Positions 8,301-16,807 are shown, counted from the stretch's first letter. The stretch: 32,000 nucleotides of DNA from an uncultured archaeon (GCA_964648855.1 CAZYLT010000012.1:30001-62000); one strand, 5' to 3'. Translations and numbers: made by a program. Notes: generated from the sequence alone by a model not told the origin.

Positions 8301-9746
8301 TTGCAGATTAATAAGATTGATAATTATGTCTATGAGATTCCTAAGGACACCAAACCTTGGATGCGAGTACCGGTTCGAATCTATGCGTCACCTAAGTTAC
8401 TTGAAAAAATAAAGCAGGACAAAACCTTGACTCAAGCCGTGAATACAGCCAGTCTTCCCGGGATATACAAGAAGAGCATCGTTTTACCAGATGGGCATCA
8501 AGGGTATGGATTTCCCATAGGTGGCGTAGCTGCAGTTGATTATGAGGATGGTGTTATTTCACCTGGAGGAGTAGGCTATGATATCAACTGTGGAGTAAGA
8601 GTAATGAGAACATCACTTGATGAGAGTGATGTAAGACCCAAACTCCAACAGCTGATTGATACCCTCTTTAATGAGGTTCCTACAGGAATCGGAAGAAAGG
8701 GAAATATCAGATTGGATAATAATCGTGAACTGGACGAGGTATTAACAGGCGGTGCGAAATGGGCTGTTGAGAATGGATATGGATGGGATGATGACCTTGA
8801 ACATCAAGAAGCAAATGGGACGATTGAACTTGCAGATCCCAGCAAAGTTTCAAATCAAGCGAAAAAGCGAGGGCTATCTCAAGTTGGCACCTTAGGGTCA
8901 GGAAACCACTTCCTAGAGATACAGGCAGTTGATAAGATTTTCAATAAAGAAGCTGCCGAAGCAATGGGGATCACAAGAGAGGGGCAAGTAACTATTATGA
9001 TTCATAGCGGTTCCCGTGGCTTTGGTCACCAGGTATGTAGTGACTACATCAAAATAATGAACAAGGCCATGAAGAGGTACAATATTGACGTGCCTGATAA
9101 GCAGCTTTGCAGTGCCCCTATCACCTCAAACGAAGGGCAGGATTATCTAAAGGCAATGAGTGCTGCAGCAAACTACGCCTTTGCAAATAGACAATCCATG
9201 CTACACTGGGCAAGGGAATCTTTTGCCCGTGTTATTGGCGAAAGCTCGCGTGACTTGGATATGAATCTAATCTATGACATTGCTCACAATATGGGCAAAG
9301 TAGAGCATCATGATATCGACGGAAAACGGACAAAAGTTGTTGTACACAGAAAGGGAGCAACTCGCGCGTTTCCGCCAGGGCATCCAGAAACACCCGATGC
9401 CTACAAGAAGATTGGCCAACCGGTTATTATTCCAGGCACGATGGGAACTGCCTCGTACATCTTAGTAGGTGACGAGAGAGGTATGGAGCTTACCTTTGGA
9501 TCAACTGCTCATGGAGCCGGTAGGGTAATGAGTCGTACTCAAGCGAAGAAGGATTTCTACGGCAGAGATGTGCAGACCAACCTGAAGGAACGGGGAATCA
9601 TTGTGAAGGCTACCAAGGGCGTTGTTATCGCAGAGGAGGCCCCAGGAGCTTACAAGGATGTTGACGAGGTTGTACGAGTTTCGGACGCAGTGGGAATCGC
9701 TACAAATGCGGTTAGATTGAGACCACTTGGAGTGATCAAAGGCTAA
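8301..9746 (+). CDS. rtcB: tRNA-splicing ligase RtcB
   Basis: Motifs LPDGHQGYGFPIGGV, GYDINCGVR, GTLGSGNHFLE, HSGSRG, HRKGAT, PGTMG, HGAGR, EEAPGAYK. TTG start follows GGAGAGGT. Confidence 0.98.
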   Translation: MQINKIDNYVYEIPKDTKPWMRVPVRIYASPKLLEKIKQDKTLTQAVNTASLPGIYKKSIVLPDGHQGYGFPIGGVAAVDYEDGVISPGGVGYDINCGVRVMRTSLDESDVRPKLQQLIDTLFNEVPTGIGRKGNIRLDNNRELDEVLTGGAKWAVENGYGWDDDLEHQEANGTIELADPSKVSNQAKKRGLSQVGTLGSGNHFLEIQAVDKIFNKEAAEAMGITREGQVTIMIHSGSRGFGHQVCSDYIKIMNKAMKRYNIDVPDKQLCSAPITSNEGQDYLKAMSAAANYAFANRQSMLHWARESFARVIGESSRDLDMNLIYDIAHNMGKVEHHDIDGKRTKVVVHRKGATRAFPPGHPETPDAYKKIGQPVIIPGTMGTASYILVGDERGMELTFGSTAHGAGRVMSRTQAKKDFYGRDVQTNLKERGIIVKATKGVVIAEEAPGAYKDVDEVVRVSDAVGIATNAVRLRPLGVIKG

Positions 9747-10675
9747 GTCGGCTCTTCGTGTTTGCGTGCGATGTCCACCAAAACAAGAGAAACGCCAATT
9801 AAGATGACCCCAAATCCGAGAAAAGTAAAGGCTGTTGGTATCTCGCCCAGAAAAACAATAGCAAGCAATGTAGCACCGACTGGCTCAGCGATGACCGCTG
9901 ATGATACGAAATATGCAGGAACAAGCGTGAGGAGATAATTATTCACCGAATGACCGAGCGCAGTGGGAAATATCGCCAATGCGATGAAGATTAAAATTTC
10001 TGTCGGCTCGAATATTAGGACGTTGATCTGAAGAATCACGCATACAATGAAAGTGACCACAGCAGCCGTCAAATACACAATCGTAGTATAGGCGGTTATG
10101 GGAATCCCTTTTGCAAAGCGTCTACCGCCAATAAAGTAGATTGCGAGAAAAAGGGCGCCCAACAATGCAAGGATGTCACCGAGCAACGCCCCAGCACCAA
10201 CTGCTAATAGATCATTCCAAGCCAGTAGAATTGCTCCCCCTACGGCAATTACAACTCCAGCCCACGATTTCCTCCTAAGGGATTCACCTAAGACTATAGT
10301 CGAAAAAATTGCAGTGAATATTGGGGAGGTATTGACCAAGACGACGCTTGCTGCAACAGTTGTAAGAAATAGCGATGTAAACCAAGTGGAGAAGTGCAAC
10401 GAGAGAACTACTCCTATCAGCATAAACCAAGGCCAGTTCTGCATGGCTTCCGAGGCTTTCGCCTTTTGCGTATCACCTCGCAAGAATCCAACCAGGGCCA
10501 TCACGATGGAACCATATAATGTGCGCCAGAATACTATTGCTAGAGGATGAGATGTGCTATACCGAATCAATATACTTGCAGAGGATACCATGGTAACTGA
10601 GAGAATCAGAAGAAGAATTACTTTGAGCTCTTGGCCTTCTTCAACAATTTTCAGACCCTTTTGCAAATGCCTCAT
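9743..10675 (-). CDS. EamA/DMT-family transporter
   Basis: About 10 TM helices in two repeats (LHFSTWFTSL..TTVAASVVLVNTSPIF; AEPVGATLLA..FLGE). Start moved to ATG 10675, just after the upstream stop. Confidence 0.92.
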   Translation of the reverse strand: MRHLQKGLKIVEEGQELKVILLLILSVTMVSSASILIRYSTSHPLAIVFWRTLYGSIVMALVGFLRGDTQKAKASEAMQNWPWFMLIGVVLSLHFSTWFTSLFLTTVAASVVLVNTSPIFTAIFSTIVLGESLRRKSWAGVVIAVGGAILLAWNDLLAVGAGALLGDILALLGALFLAIYFIGGRRFAKGIPITAYTTIVYLTAAVVTFIVCVILQINVLIFEPTEILIFIALAIFPTALGHSVNNYLLTLVPAYFVSSAVIAEPVGATLLAIVFLGEIPTAFTFLGFGVILIGVSLVLVDIARKHEEPT

Positions 10676-10679
10676 ACCC

Positions 10680-11165
10680 CTACTTGGTTGTTCCACAGAA
10701 CACGCATCTATATTCACTAGCTTGAGCTTCAGCAACTTGTGAGTCACATTGATCGCATTCATGGACAGTCAATTCTTTAATACGAATCTGTGCAAGGATG
10801 TCTTCGACTTCATCAAGAGTGTTATATTCGAATAGTACCTTCCCAGTTGCCCCAAACGCCATTCTCGATAGCCTTTCTGATTCACGGTGTCTGAACATTA
10901 ACACTGGTTTTCCAAGTTCTATGGCTAGCATTAATTCCATGCCAACTCCCAATGAAGGATTGGAAACCTCTGCAATTAACAGGTCTGACTTCCTAACCTG
11001 ATTCACATCTCGTTCATAGATATATTTTGCATCACTAGCAGCCATGAAATGTGGGGCAAAGACATCAATATCTCTCTCTTCAAGAAGTTTTATCACGCTT
11101 TTGTAGAAGTCGTCTTTCCGAAGATTTTCGTGGATTATTGGGCCAGACAGGTATACTTGCACCAT
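10680..11165 (-). CDS. Nucleoside 2-deoxyribosyltransferase / DNPH1(Rcl)-like deoxynucleotide N-glycosidase with a C-terminal Zn ribbon
   Basis: VYLSGPI, IYERD....KSDLLIAEVSNPSLGVGMEL..A..LGKPV and LSRM..GA; tail CDQC-x12-CVFC. Confidence 0.85.
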   Translation of the reverse strand: MVQVYLSGPIIHENLRKDDFYKSVIKLLEERDIDVFAPHFMAASDAKYIYERDVNQVRKSDLLIAEVSNPSLGVGMELMLAIELGKPVLMFRHRESERLSRMAFGATGKVLFEYNTLDEVEDILAQIRIKELTVHECDQCDSQVAEAQASEYRCVFCGTTK

Positions 11166-11190
11166 GTTGATCACAGATAGGAAAAGCACG

Positions 11191-11580
11191 CTACTTAATG
11201 TGTTTGTCCTCTTTGTTCTGCTCTATTATTTCTCTTGTGGAGGGGATAGTATCATCATCAGGGACTTCTTCCATCTTACCAGACCTCCCTAATGTTAATT
11301 GCATTTTACCTTGCCATTCCTTTGCCCATCCGTCTGTAATTTTGATAATCTTGCCAGATGCTAAATCCTCAGCCTCTCGAAAGCCCCAGAGAGTCAAAAT
11401 GGTTGTCCCCGTTTCGTCACCCAAGAGAACCTCAGTCAATTGCGTCTTTCTTCCAGTACGAGTGCGTATTATTCGAGGTATGCCTACTTTCATTACTCTG
11501 ACAGTGAGCTCAGGTACATCTTCTCCAATTTCAACGTCGCTAATTTTCAACTGTGGGAACCTCTCAATTCTATTCAACAT
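11191..11580 (-). CDS. Single OB-fold ssDNA-binding protein (crenarchaeal SSB / RPA / hSSB1-like)
   Basis: KISDV......LTVRV.....R.I.TRTG......LLGDETGT..LTLWG....G.IIKI.DGWAKEWQGKMQL.LGR.G. Confidence 0.88.
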   Translation of the reverse strand: MLNRIERFPQLKISDVEIGEDVPELTVRVMKVGIPRIIRTRTGRKTQLTEVLLGDETGTTILTLWGFREAEDLASGKIIKITDGWAKEWQGKMQLTLGRSGKMEEVPDDDTIPSTREIIEQNKEDKHIK

Positions 11581-11638
11581 TCATGTATAAATCAGTCTTA
11601 CTAAGTGACAGTAAGGAGTGATTAGTTGGCTGACATAT

Positions 11639-13558
11639 CTACTGAGTGGATTCGAATTCGAACTTGGTGAACATTTTGTCAAGTTCTTCCAATTGCTTAT
11701 CAATATCTGCGTCCTCATCCTCTTCCTCCGGAGATGATGCCTTACGTTCCAGCTCTTCCTCTTCCGACCCTAAGATACCATAGATCTCCCTGATTGCCTC
11801 ATCCACATCACTCTCGGGTTCGGCTTCCTCGTCAGGTGGAAGTACCTCATCGCTTGAAAATGCTTCGAGAGCTGTATCCAGGTCCTCCCTTGAAGCCCGT
11901 TCTATCTCCTCACTTACAATATCGTCAGCATCTAGAGCTTCTGACAGCAATTCTCTAGCCATCCGAGTCCCGTCAATCATGGCTTCTTCTTCGTCAGGAC
12001 CTCGTGGAAGTTCTTCAGCTCTCTCAAATTCTTTCTCAGCCAGAATTGAAGCATCAGATTCAGCGGGAATTTTCTCTCTCTCTTCCTGGTCTAAAGAAAC
12101 CATATCTGCATCCAAATCGTCTTCTGAAATAGGCTCCTCTGATTCGACGACTTCTACTGGAATCTGTTCGGGTAGGCTTTCTTCGCTTGCAGCAGGTTCT
12201 ATTTCCCATCCCATTTCTTCTGCAGCAATCACGTCAGACTCAGCTGTGTCAACCGGGATTTGCCTTGGCATAGCTTCCTCAGTTGATATCGGTTCTATCT
12301 CCCATTCTTCTTCTACTTCTTTTTCTTCTCTTGCAGATTCTAAGGCAATCTCATCAGGCTCGGCGGTTTCTATTCCTACCTCCTTCGCCCTATCTTCTTC
12401 CGAAGTTGTCTCAACAGTCCATTCCTCATCCATCAGTGGCCTAGGAGCCTCAGGAGGTTTTTCCTCAGCCACTCCCTCTGACTCGGCTATGTCTTCGTCT
12501 TCGATTACCTCCACTACTTCCTCGACTATGATGTAATCATCTGTGGCATCAACAATACGACCGTCTTCATCTACGTAGACTTCTTCAACGACTTCGACCT
12601 CTTCGTATTCTTCCTCCTCTTCAGATAGTCTTCCTTCATCGATTGCGTCTGCTGCACTCTCAGTGGCTTCATCCGTGAATCTTAGCAATTCCTGAGGAGG
12701 TAGATCAGGAAGAGCTACACCCACATACTGAGCTGCAGCATTCATTAGAATCCTAAGCATCTCATCGCGTCTGCTTTTATCAATTGCCACCATTGGATAG
12801 GTTGGGACACCGAGAATCTTCTGTACCACCTCAGGCTTCATTGCATTAGGCTTGTCCTGCTTGTTTGCCAGCGCAAAGACGGGTACTTTGGGAGCATCTC
12901 GTTTGATGAGCTTGAGAATGTCCTTGCTGATAATGACATTCCGAAGTGTCGAGTCACATACCAAGAAAATCACATCAGCACCGTGGAAGTAAAAGCGCCA
13001 GAGGTTTCGGAAACGCTCTTGGCCTGCAAAGTCCCACAAAACAAGGGAATAGTTCCCGAATCTAATATTCTCAACAGTTTCAAGATTAAGAGCAATTGTG
13101 GGCACATACTGAAGAGGCGGTGTATCGCCCAATAGCAAATGGAGTGTGGTTGTCTTTCCAGTACCGCCTTCTCCCACTAGAGCAATTTTGAGCCGGGTAG
13201 TTATGGAGTCCTCAATCAATGTTTCATAGTGATTTGTCACATATTCAAGCCCATCACGTTGAATACGGCTTTTCAGTATCTTCGCAGCAGCCGCTAAATG
13301 GTCCACCAGCGTATGTTCCTGTTCCCCCAAGTCACTCACAAATACCAAAACAAGATCCTTTACAACATCCGCTCCAACGAATTTGTCGTCATCGATACTG
13401 AGGGGCAGATTGGCCAAAGAAACATCATCACTACGAAGATCTTCTCTTGTTTCTATGAACTCATCTAGGCTGTCAGCTGTTACCTCCACTGGCCAGTATT
13501 GACTAGAGGTTAATACCTCCTTACTAGAAATTCTCATGAGGAAGGTGTTATGAATCAT
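11639..13558 (-). CDS. Longin-like N-terminal domain, Arf-like small GTPase and ~340-aa highly acidic low-complexity tail
   Basis: G1 GEGGTGKT, G2 YVPTIALN, G3 WDFAGQERFRNLWRFYF, G4 NKQD. The N-terminal ~120 aa has a beta-beta-helix-beta-beta-beta-helix-helix pattern (longin call is inference). The tail is E/D-rich. Confidence 0.85.
   Translation of the reverse strand: MIHNTFLMRISSKEVLTSSQYWPVEVTADSLDEFIETREDLRSDDVSLANLPLSIDDDKFVGADVVKDLVLVFVSDLGEQEHTLVDHLAAAAKILKSRIQRDGLEYVTNHYETLIEDSITTRLKIALVGEGGTGKTTTLHLLLGDTPPLQYVPTIALNLETVENIRFGNYSLVLWDFAGQERFRNLWRFYFHGADVIFLVCDSTLRNVIISKDILKLIKRDAPKVPVFALANKQDKPNAMKPEVVQKILGVPTYPMVAIDKSRRDEMLRILMNAAAQYVGVALPDLPPQELLRFTDEATESAADAIDEGRLSEEEEEYEEVEVVEEVYVDEDGRIVDATDDYIIVEEVVEVIEDEDIAESEGVAEEKPPEAPRPLMDEEWTVETTSEEDRAKEVGIETAEPDEIALESAREEKEVEEEWEIEPISTEEAMPRQIPVDTAESDVIAAEEMGWEIEPAASEESLPEQIPVEVVESEEPISEDDLDADMVSLDQEEREKIPAESDASILAEKEFERAEELPRGPDEEEAMIDGTRMARELLSEALDADDIVSEEIERASREDLDTALEAFSSDEVLPPDEEAEPESDVDEAIREIYGILGSEEEELERKASSPEEEDEDADIDKQLEELDKMFTKFEFESTQ
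12115..12310 (-). repeat. Degenerate tandem duplication with a 96-nt (32-aa) period inside the acidic tail
   Basis: WEIEPISTEEAMPRQIPVDTAESD versus WEIEPAASEESLPEQIPVEVVESE. The Trp codons start at 12304 and 12208. Confidence 0.85.
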
Positions 13559-13666
13559 TCATCGTCACCAGAGAGGCTTCTTTCCTTTCGCTGCTTTCTT
13601 CTATCTTCACTAATAATATAACTTCCCAGATATGGTCTATTGTATTATTGCCTTGGTACGCATCTA

Positions 13667-14020
13667 TTTTGTTCTTCTTGCGATGAATTCTGGGATTTCA
13701 CACATCTCTCCTGAGAAATCACTAATCTTCTCTCACAAGACAAAAGCCCGAAGGAGGTCCAGCACAAAGTTGGAAACGGAACGGGTTGCCTAAGCAGCCC
13801 CTTCCGCATCCGTGGACACCATCAGCATAAGTGTACGAAAAATTGTGCGAATTTGTGAGGAAAAAACCTCACGTTTACGGGGACCTCGCCAGCAGAATCT
13901 GCTGGTATTTCAGAGGCTTCTCCGTCGGTATGTACTGACGGAAATGGGACCGCGTTAACAAGCGTTTCATATCAAGCCTCTGAATGGGGGATATTGTACA
14001 CCTATACTTCAGGCAAGTAG
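13667..14020 (+). ncRNA. Unidentified large structured RNA; boundaries uncertain, may extend to ~14240
   Basis: At least 9 compatible helices, including a perfect 11-bp stem closing a three-way junction, two long-range helices and a 10/11-bp pseudoknot pairing. G.U wobbles favour the + strand. No credible ORF. Confidence 0.65.
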
Positions 14021-14247
14021 AAACTAATGATGTGAATATATGAATATTCCTCGTTTCACAGAAAGCGTTATTCTGATACAAAATAGATAAGGCGTGTGCA
14101 AAAGTTTCAAAGGAATTCAATATTCCGATGTGTCAATGCCTAGTCCATAGAGTGAATGAAATGGCGCCAACTAAGCATACTAGCACATTTAGAGAGAAGT
14201 CTATTCTCAGAGCTAATGCCGGCTTGAAGAATTGAGATAACTCTGCT

Positions 14248-15387
14248 TCATCTCGGAAAGTTATCGCGCAACAGTCTTAGATGCTGATGAACCAATTCCA
14301 TCATTCTTTCATCATCTGGGTTCTTTTCCAGCTCGGTGACCAAGGTGTTGAGGAAGTACTCAGGGAAGAAAAGCCTGACTCGGATGTCATTGAGCAGAAA
14401 CAACCATTTGTCATACTCACCAGATGGGCCCTTTCGACGTTTTTCTGAGATGATTCGATACTTCTTCAGCATCTGTATCGCTTGTTTGAGCTCTTTCGGC
14501 GGTATGCCCAAAGTTGCCTCAAGTTCGGAAATATTCACCGGTCCTCGTCGCAAAATACTCAGAACGTCATAAGCGTCTGGATCAGCTAATATCTCCGCAA
14601 TAGCAACTGTGTCTTCAGGGGTCTTTTTCCACTCAGTTAGAAATTCCAAGACCTCTGCCTTGTACTCCGCAGCTAACTCTGGGTCAAGAATAGAGCTAGA
14701 GGATTCCATAGATGTCAACGGGGGTGCCCTAAACACCTCTAGGTCCTTAATCATGAAAACACATGATCTACCGATCTCATCTACCCATTCTGTTTTGACG
14801 AGACCAAGCTCTTCGAAGGGGGCTATAATAGAATCAACACTCACGCTAGGAAGGCCTGTGACCATCTTGAGCCATTCTTCCAGATCCTCTTTTGTTATGC
14901 CACCTTTCCATAGTTTGGGGAAGACTGCCCGGGAAACTTCGTCAGAAAATAGACGAGCCAATCGTGATTCATCTGTCATCCCAGCGAGTCTGATGATTCG
15001 GCGATAGGTGTTATCAAGTTCTTCCTGAAGTTCAGCATCCGTCATCGATACGACAGAATTCGTTATGGGAGACACCACAGAGGTAATAGCAGCCTCGTAG
15101 GTCTTTGGGTCTTCTGAGGGTGTCAAAAGCAGGGAGATACAATACTGCTCTTCTTCACGCACTATCCCAGTGTAGTATGATGCAACACTGTATTCTTCTC
15201 CGCCAATTCTCACACTCAACGTTGAGAATCCTGCAGAAGCATCACCCATGGCGTGTGAGGTGAAAATTCGCATGATTTCTGTATTGAGATCTTCCTTGTA
15301 GTAATCAGCAAAATCTGCGGGCACTTTTGCTTTCAGAACTGCCCCTACTTTTGAATCCCAATCTATTAGTAACATCGCTACAGGCAT
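14248..15387 (-). CDS. uDENN/longin-like N-terminal domain with C-terminal winged-helix domain(s)
   Basis: MPVAMLLIDWDSKVGAVLKAKVP resembles the F/W-D...GP.L...P start of uDENN/NPR2-type longins. ILADPDAYDVLSILRRGPVNISELEATLGIP..ELKQAIQMLKKYRII is an ArsR-like wHTH. Confidence 0.65.
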   Translation of the reverse strand: MPVAMLLIDWDSKVGAVLKAKVPADFADYYKEDLNTEIMRIFTSHAMGDASAGFSTLSVRIGGEEYSVASYYTGIVREEEQYCISLLLTPSEDPKTYEAAITSVVSPITNSVVSMTDAELQEELDNTYRRIIRLAGMTDESRLARLFSDEVSRAVFPKLWKGGITKEDLEEWLKMVTGLPSVSVDSIIAPFEELGLVKTEWVDEIGRSCVFMIKDLEVFRAPPLTSMESSSSILDPELAAEYKAEVLEFLTEWKKTPEDTVAIAEILADPDAYDVLSILRRGPVNISELEATLGIPPKELKQAIQMLKKYRIISEKRRKGPSGEYDKWLFLLNDIRVRLFFPEYFLNTLVTELEKNPDDERMMELVHQHLRLLRDNFPR

Positions 15388-15509
15388 ATTTCACCTATCT
15401 CCGGTCCCATCGAGGTAGGCCAGCGAAGACGCTGTGCTTTGTAGGCAAACGTGGTGAGTTCCTAAAAAAGCTTGTCACTAGACCTTCCGCGATATAGGAA
15501 CTTCTTCAC

Positions 15510-16151
15510 TCAGACCGACAAAATAGAGCTTATTTCATCGAGTATTACCGCCACTACTTCCTGTAATGGCATTGTAGCATCGACTACTCGATATCGACCT
15601 GTATCCTCTCGAGCCATCTCAAGATAGGCGTTTCTCACTTTTACTAAACGTTCAAGCTTCTCAAATTGCAGATTGATTTCACGGCCGCTGCCAGAAATCC
15701 TTCTCAACCCCTCTTCTGCAGGTATATCTAGGACAAATATCATCTCAGGCTCTGGAGCGTCAATTTCTGTTCGATTCCGCTCCAAGATGACACGCCAGTC
15801 AATTCCGGTGCTAACCGACTGATAGGCACCAGTTGCAAAGAAATATCGATCTAGGAGAATAATTACGCCATTATTAAGTGCAGGAAGAATGCGATTCTTC
15901 ACATTCCACTCTCGATCTCGAATGAATAATTCGAGTTCTTCTTCCGGTGATAATTCTCCCTTCGGAGAACGTCTTCGAATTTCAAGTCCAAATGGGTTTT
16001 CGTCTGTCGGCTCTCGAAGCTTAATCACTTCATGACCTGATTTCCTGAGAACCGAGATTGCTCTATCACAAACAGTGGTTTTGCCAGCCCCATCGATACC
16101 TTCCATGACAAAGAGGTGGCCTGGATAATCAAACGAATCAATAGGACTCAT
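15510..16151 (-). CDS. tmk: Thymidylate kinase
   Basis: Motifs MEGIDGAGKTT, REPT, LF..DR, LLDRY..AT.AYQ, PEP..FVLD. Confidence 0.96.
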   Translation of the reverse strand: MSPIDSFDYPGHLFVMEGIDGAGKTTVCDRAISVLRKSGHEVIKLREPTDENPFGLEIRRRSPKGELSPEEELELFIRDREWNVKNRILPALNNGVIILLDRYFFATGAYQSVSTGIDWRVILERNRTEIDAPEPEMIFVLDIPAEEGLRRISGSGREINLQFEKLERLVKVRNAYLEMAREDTGRYRVVDATMPLQEVVAVILDEISSILSV

Positions 16152-16239
16152 GCAACATTGTCTCCTAACATAATCAAATCCCAGCGGTTTATTCTGTGTA
16201 TTAGATGCTTCGGTCCAAGTTTAGCTAATAGATGGGGAC

Positions 16240-16254
16240 GCGAATGTTTATATT
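16240..16254 (+). promoter_or_regulatory. Candidate BRE/TATA promoter for the DUF4430-ECF cluster
   Basis: GCGAATG-TTTATATT about 45 nt upstream of ATG 16299; GGTGA SD before the start. Confidence 0.5.
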
Positions 16255-16298
16255 CCGAATGTTATGTTGTAGGCTAGGTTAGCCTACGCGGTGATAAA

Positions 16299-16793
16299 AT
16301 GAGCCGGTTGAATGCTGCTATAATTCTCATGCTAATTCTTCTGCTTTGCATTGGGAATGCATCTGGAACTAGAGTTTCATCAACCAAATTCGCACCGCAA
16401 ACAACAGAACTTCACGTGACAATAGACTTTGGCAATGGAACAACCCTAGAATTCGCGTCAGTCAATGGAACTACGGTTCTCAATGCAACCAGCTCAGTCG
16501 TTTCTGTAGAAACTGATTGGTATGGAGATAGCGTTTTTGTGACGTCAATCGGTGGAGTATCCAATAACCCGGATGCAGGGCTATGGTGGCAATACTGGGT
16601 GAATGATGAGCTAGGGCCCGTGGCAGCCAATAAGTACATTCCACAGCTAGGAGATGAAATTGCTTGGAGAAGAGTACCTCCTCAAAATACCGATGATAGT
16701 GGAATAGGAATCGATATCTCTACGGTAGCCGCGCTCTTGCTATTGCCAGTTGTTGGTATTGGAGTTCTCTTGTTTTTGAGAAATAAAAAATAG
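16299..16793 (+). CDS. DUF4430 (transcobalamin C-terminal-like) membrane-anchored protein, putative cobalamin-binding
   Basis: Signal peptide, V.IDFGNGT, TVLNA, FVTSIGGV.N.....WWQYWVN.....AA.KY....GD.I.W, C-terminal TM followed by RNKK. Confidence 0.85.
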   Translation: MSRLNAAIILMLILLLCIGNASGTRVSSTKFAPQTTELHVTIDFGNGTTLEFASVNGTTVLNATSSVVSVETDWYGDSVFVTSIGGVSNNPDAGLWWQYWVNDELGPVAANKYIPQLGDEIAWRRVPPQNTDDSGIGIDISTVAALLLLPVVGIGVLLFLRNKK

Positions 16794-16807
16794 AGTGATC
16801 GCCAATA

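Noticed and set aside
8301-9746. Intein in RtcB
   Set aside because: The 481-aa length and contiguous motifs (GSGNHFLE uninterrupted) leave no room for one.
10676-10762. N-terminal extension of the EamA ORF, and likewise 31366-31431 for rps26e and 26354-26380
   Set aside because: These overlap neighbouring genes or promoters; downstream ATGs have better SD context and fit the family N-termini.
11979-12536. Ser-rich 185-aa + strand ORF, and similar ones at 4932-5126 and 11198-11590
   Set aside because: Antisense shadows of Glu/Asp-rich real genes.
13875-14120. 81-aa minus-strand ORF
   Set aside because: TTG start, no SD, no protein motif; it overlaps the strongly paired region.
13741-14247. 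RNase P RNA, SRP RNA, tRNA or cobalamin riboswitch as the identity of the structured region
   Set aside because: Only scattered partial words (GAAGGAGGUCC, ACAGAAA, GCCGGCUU). There is no consistent P4 pairing, no SRP helix-8 motif, no TpsiC arm and no B12 box. A very divergent RNase P cannot be excluded without a covariance-model search.
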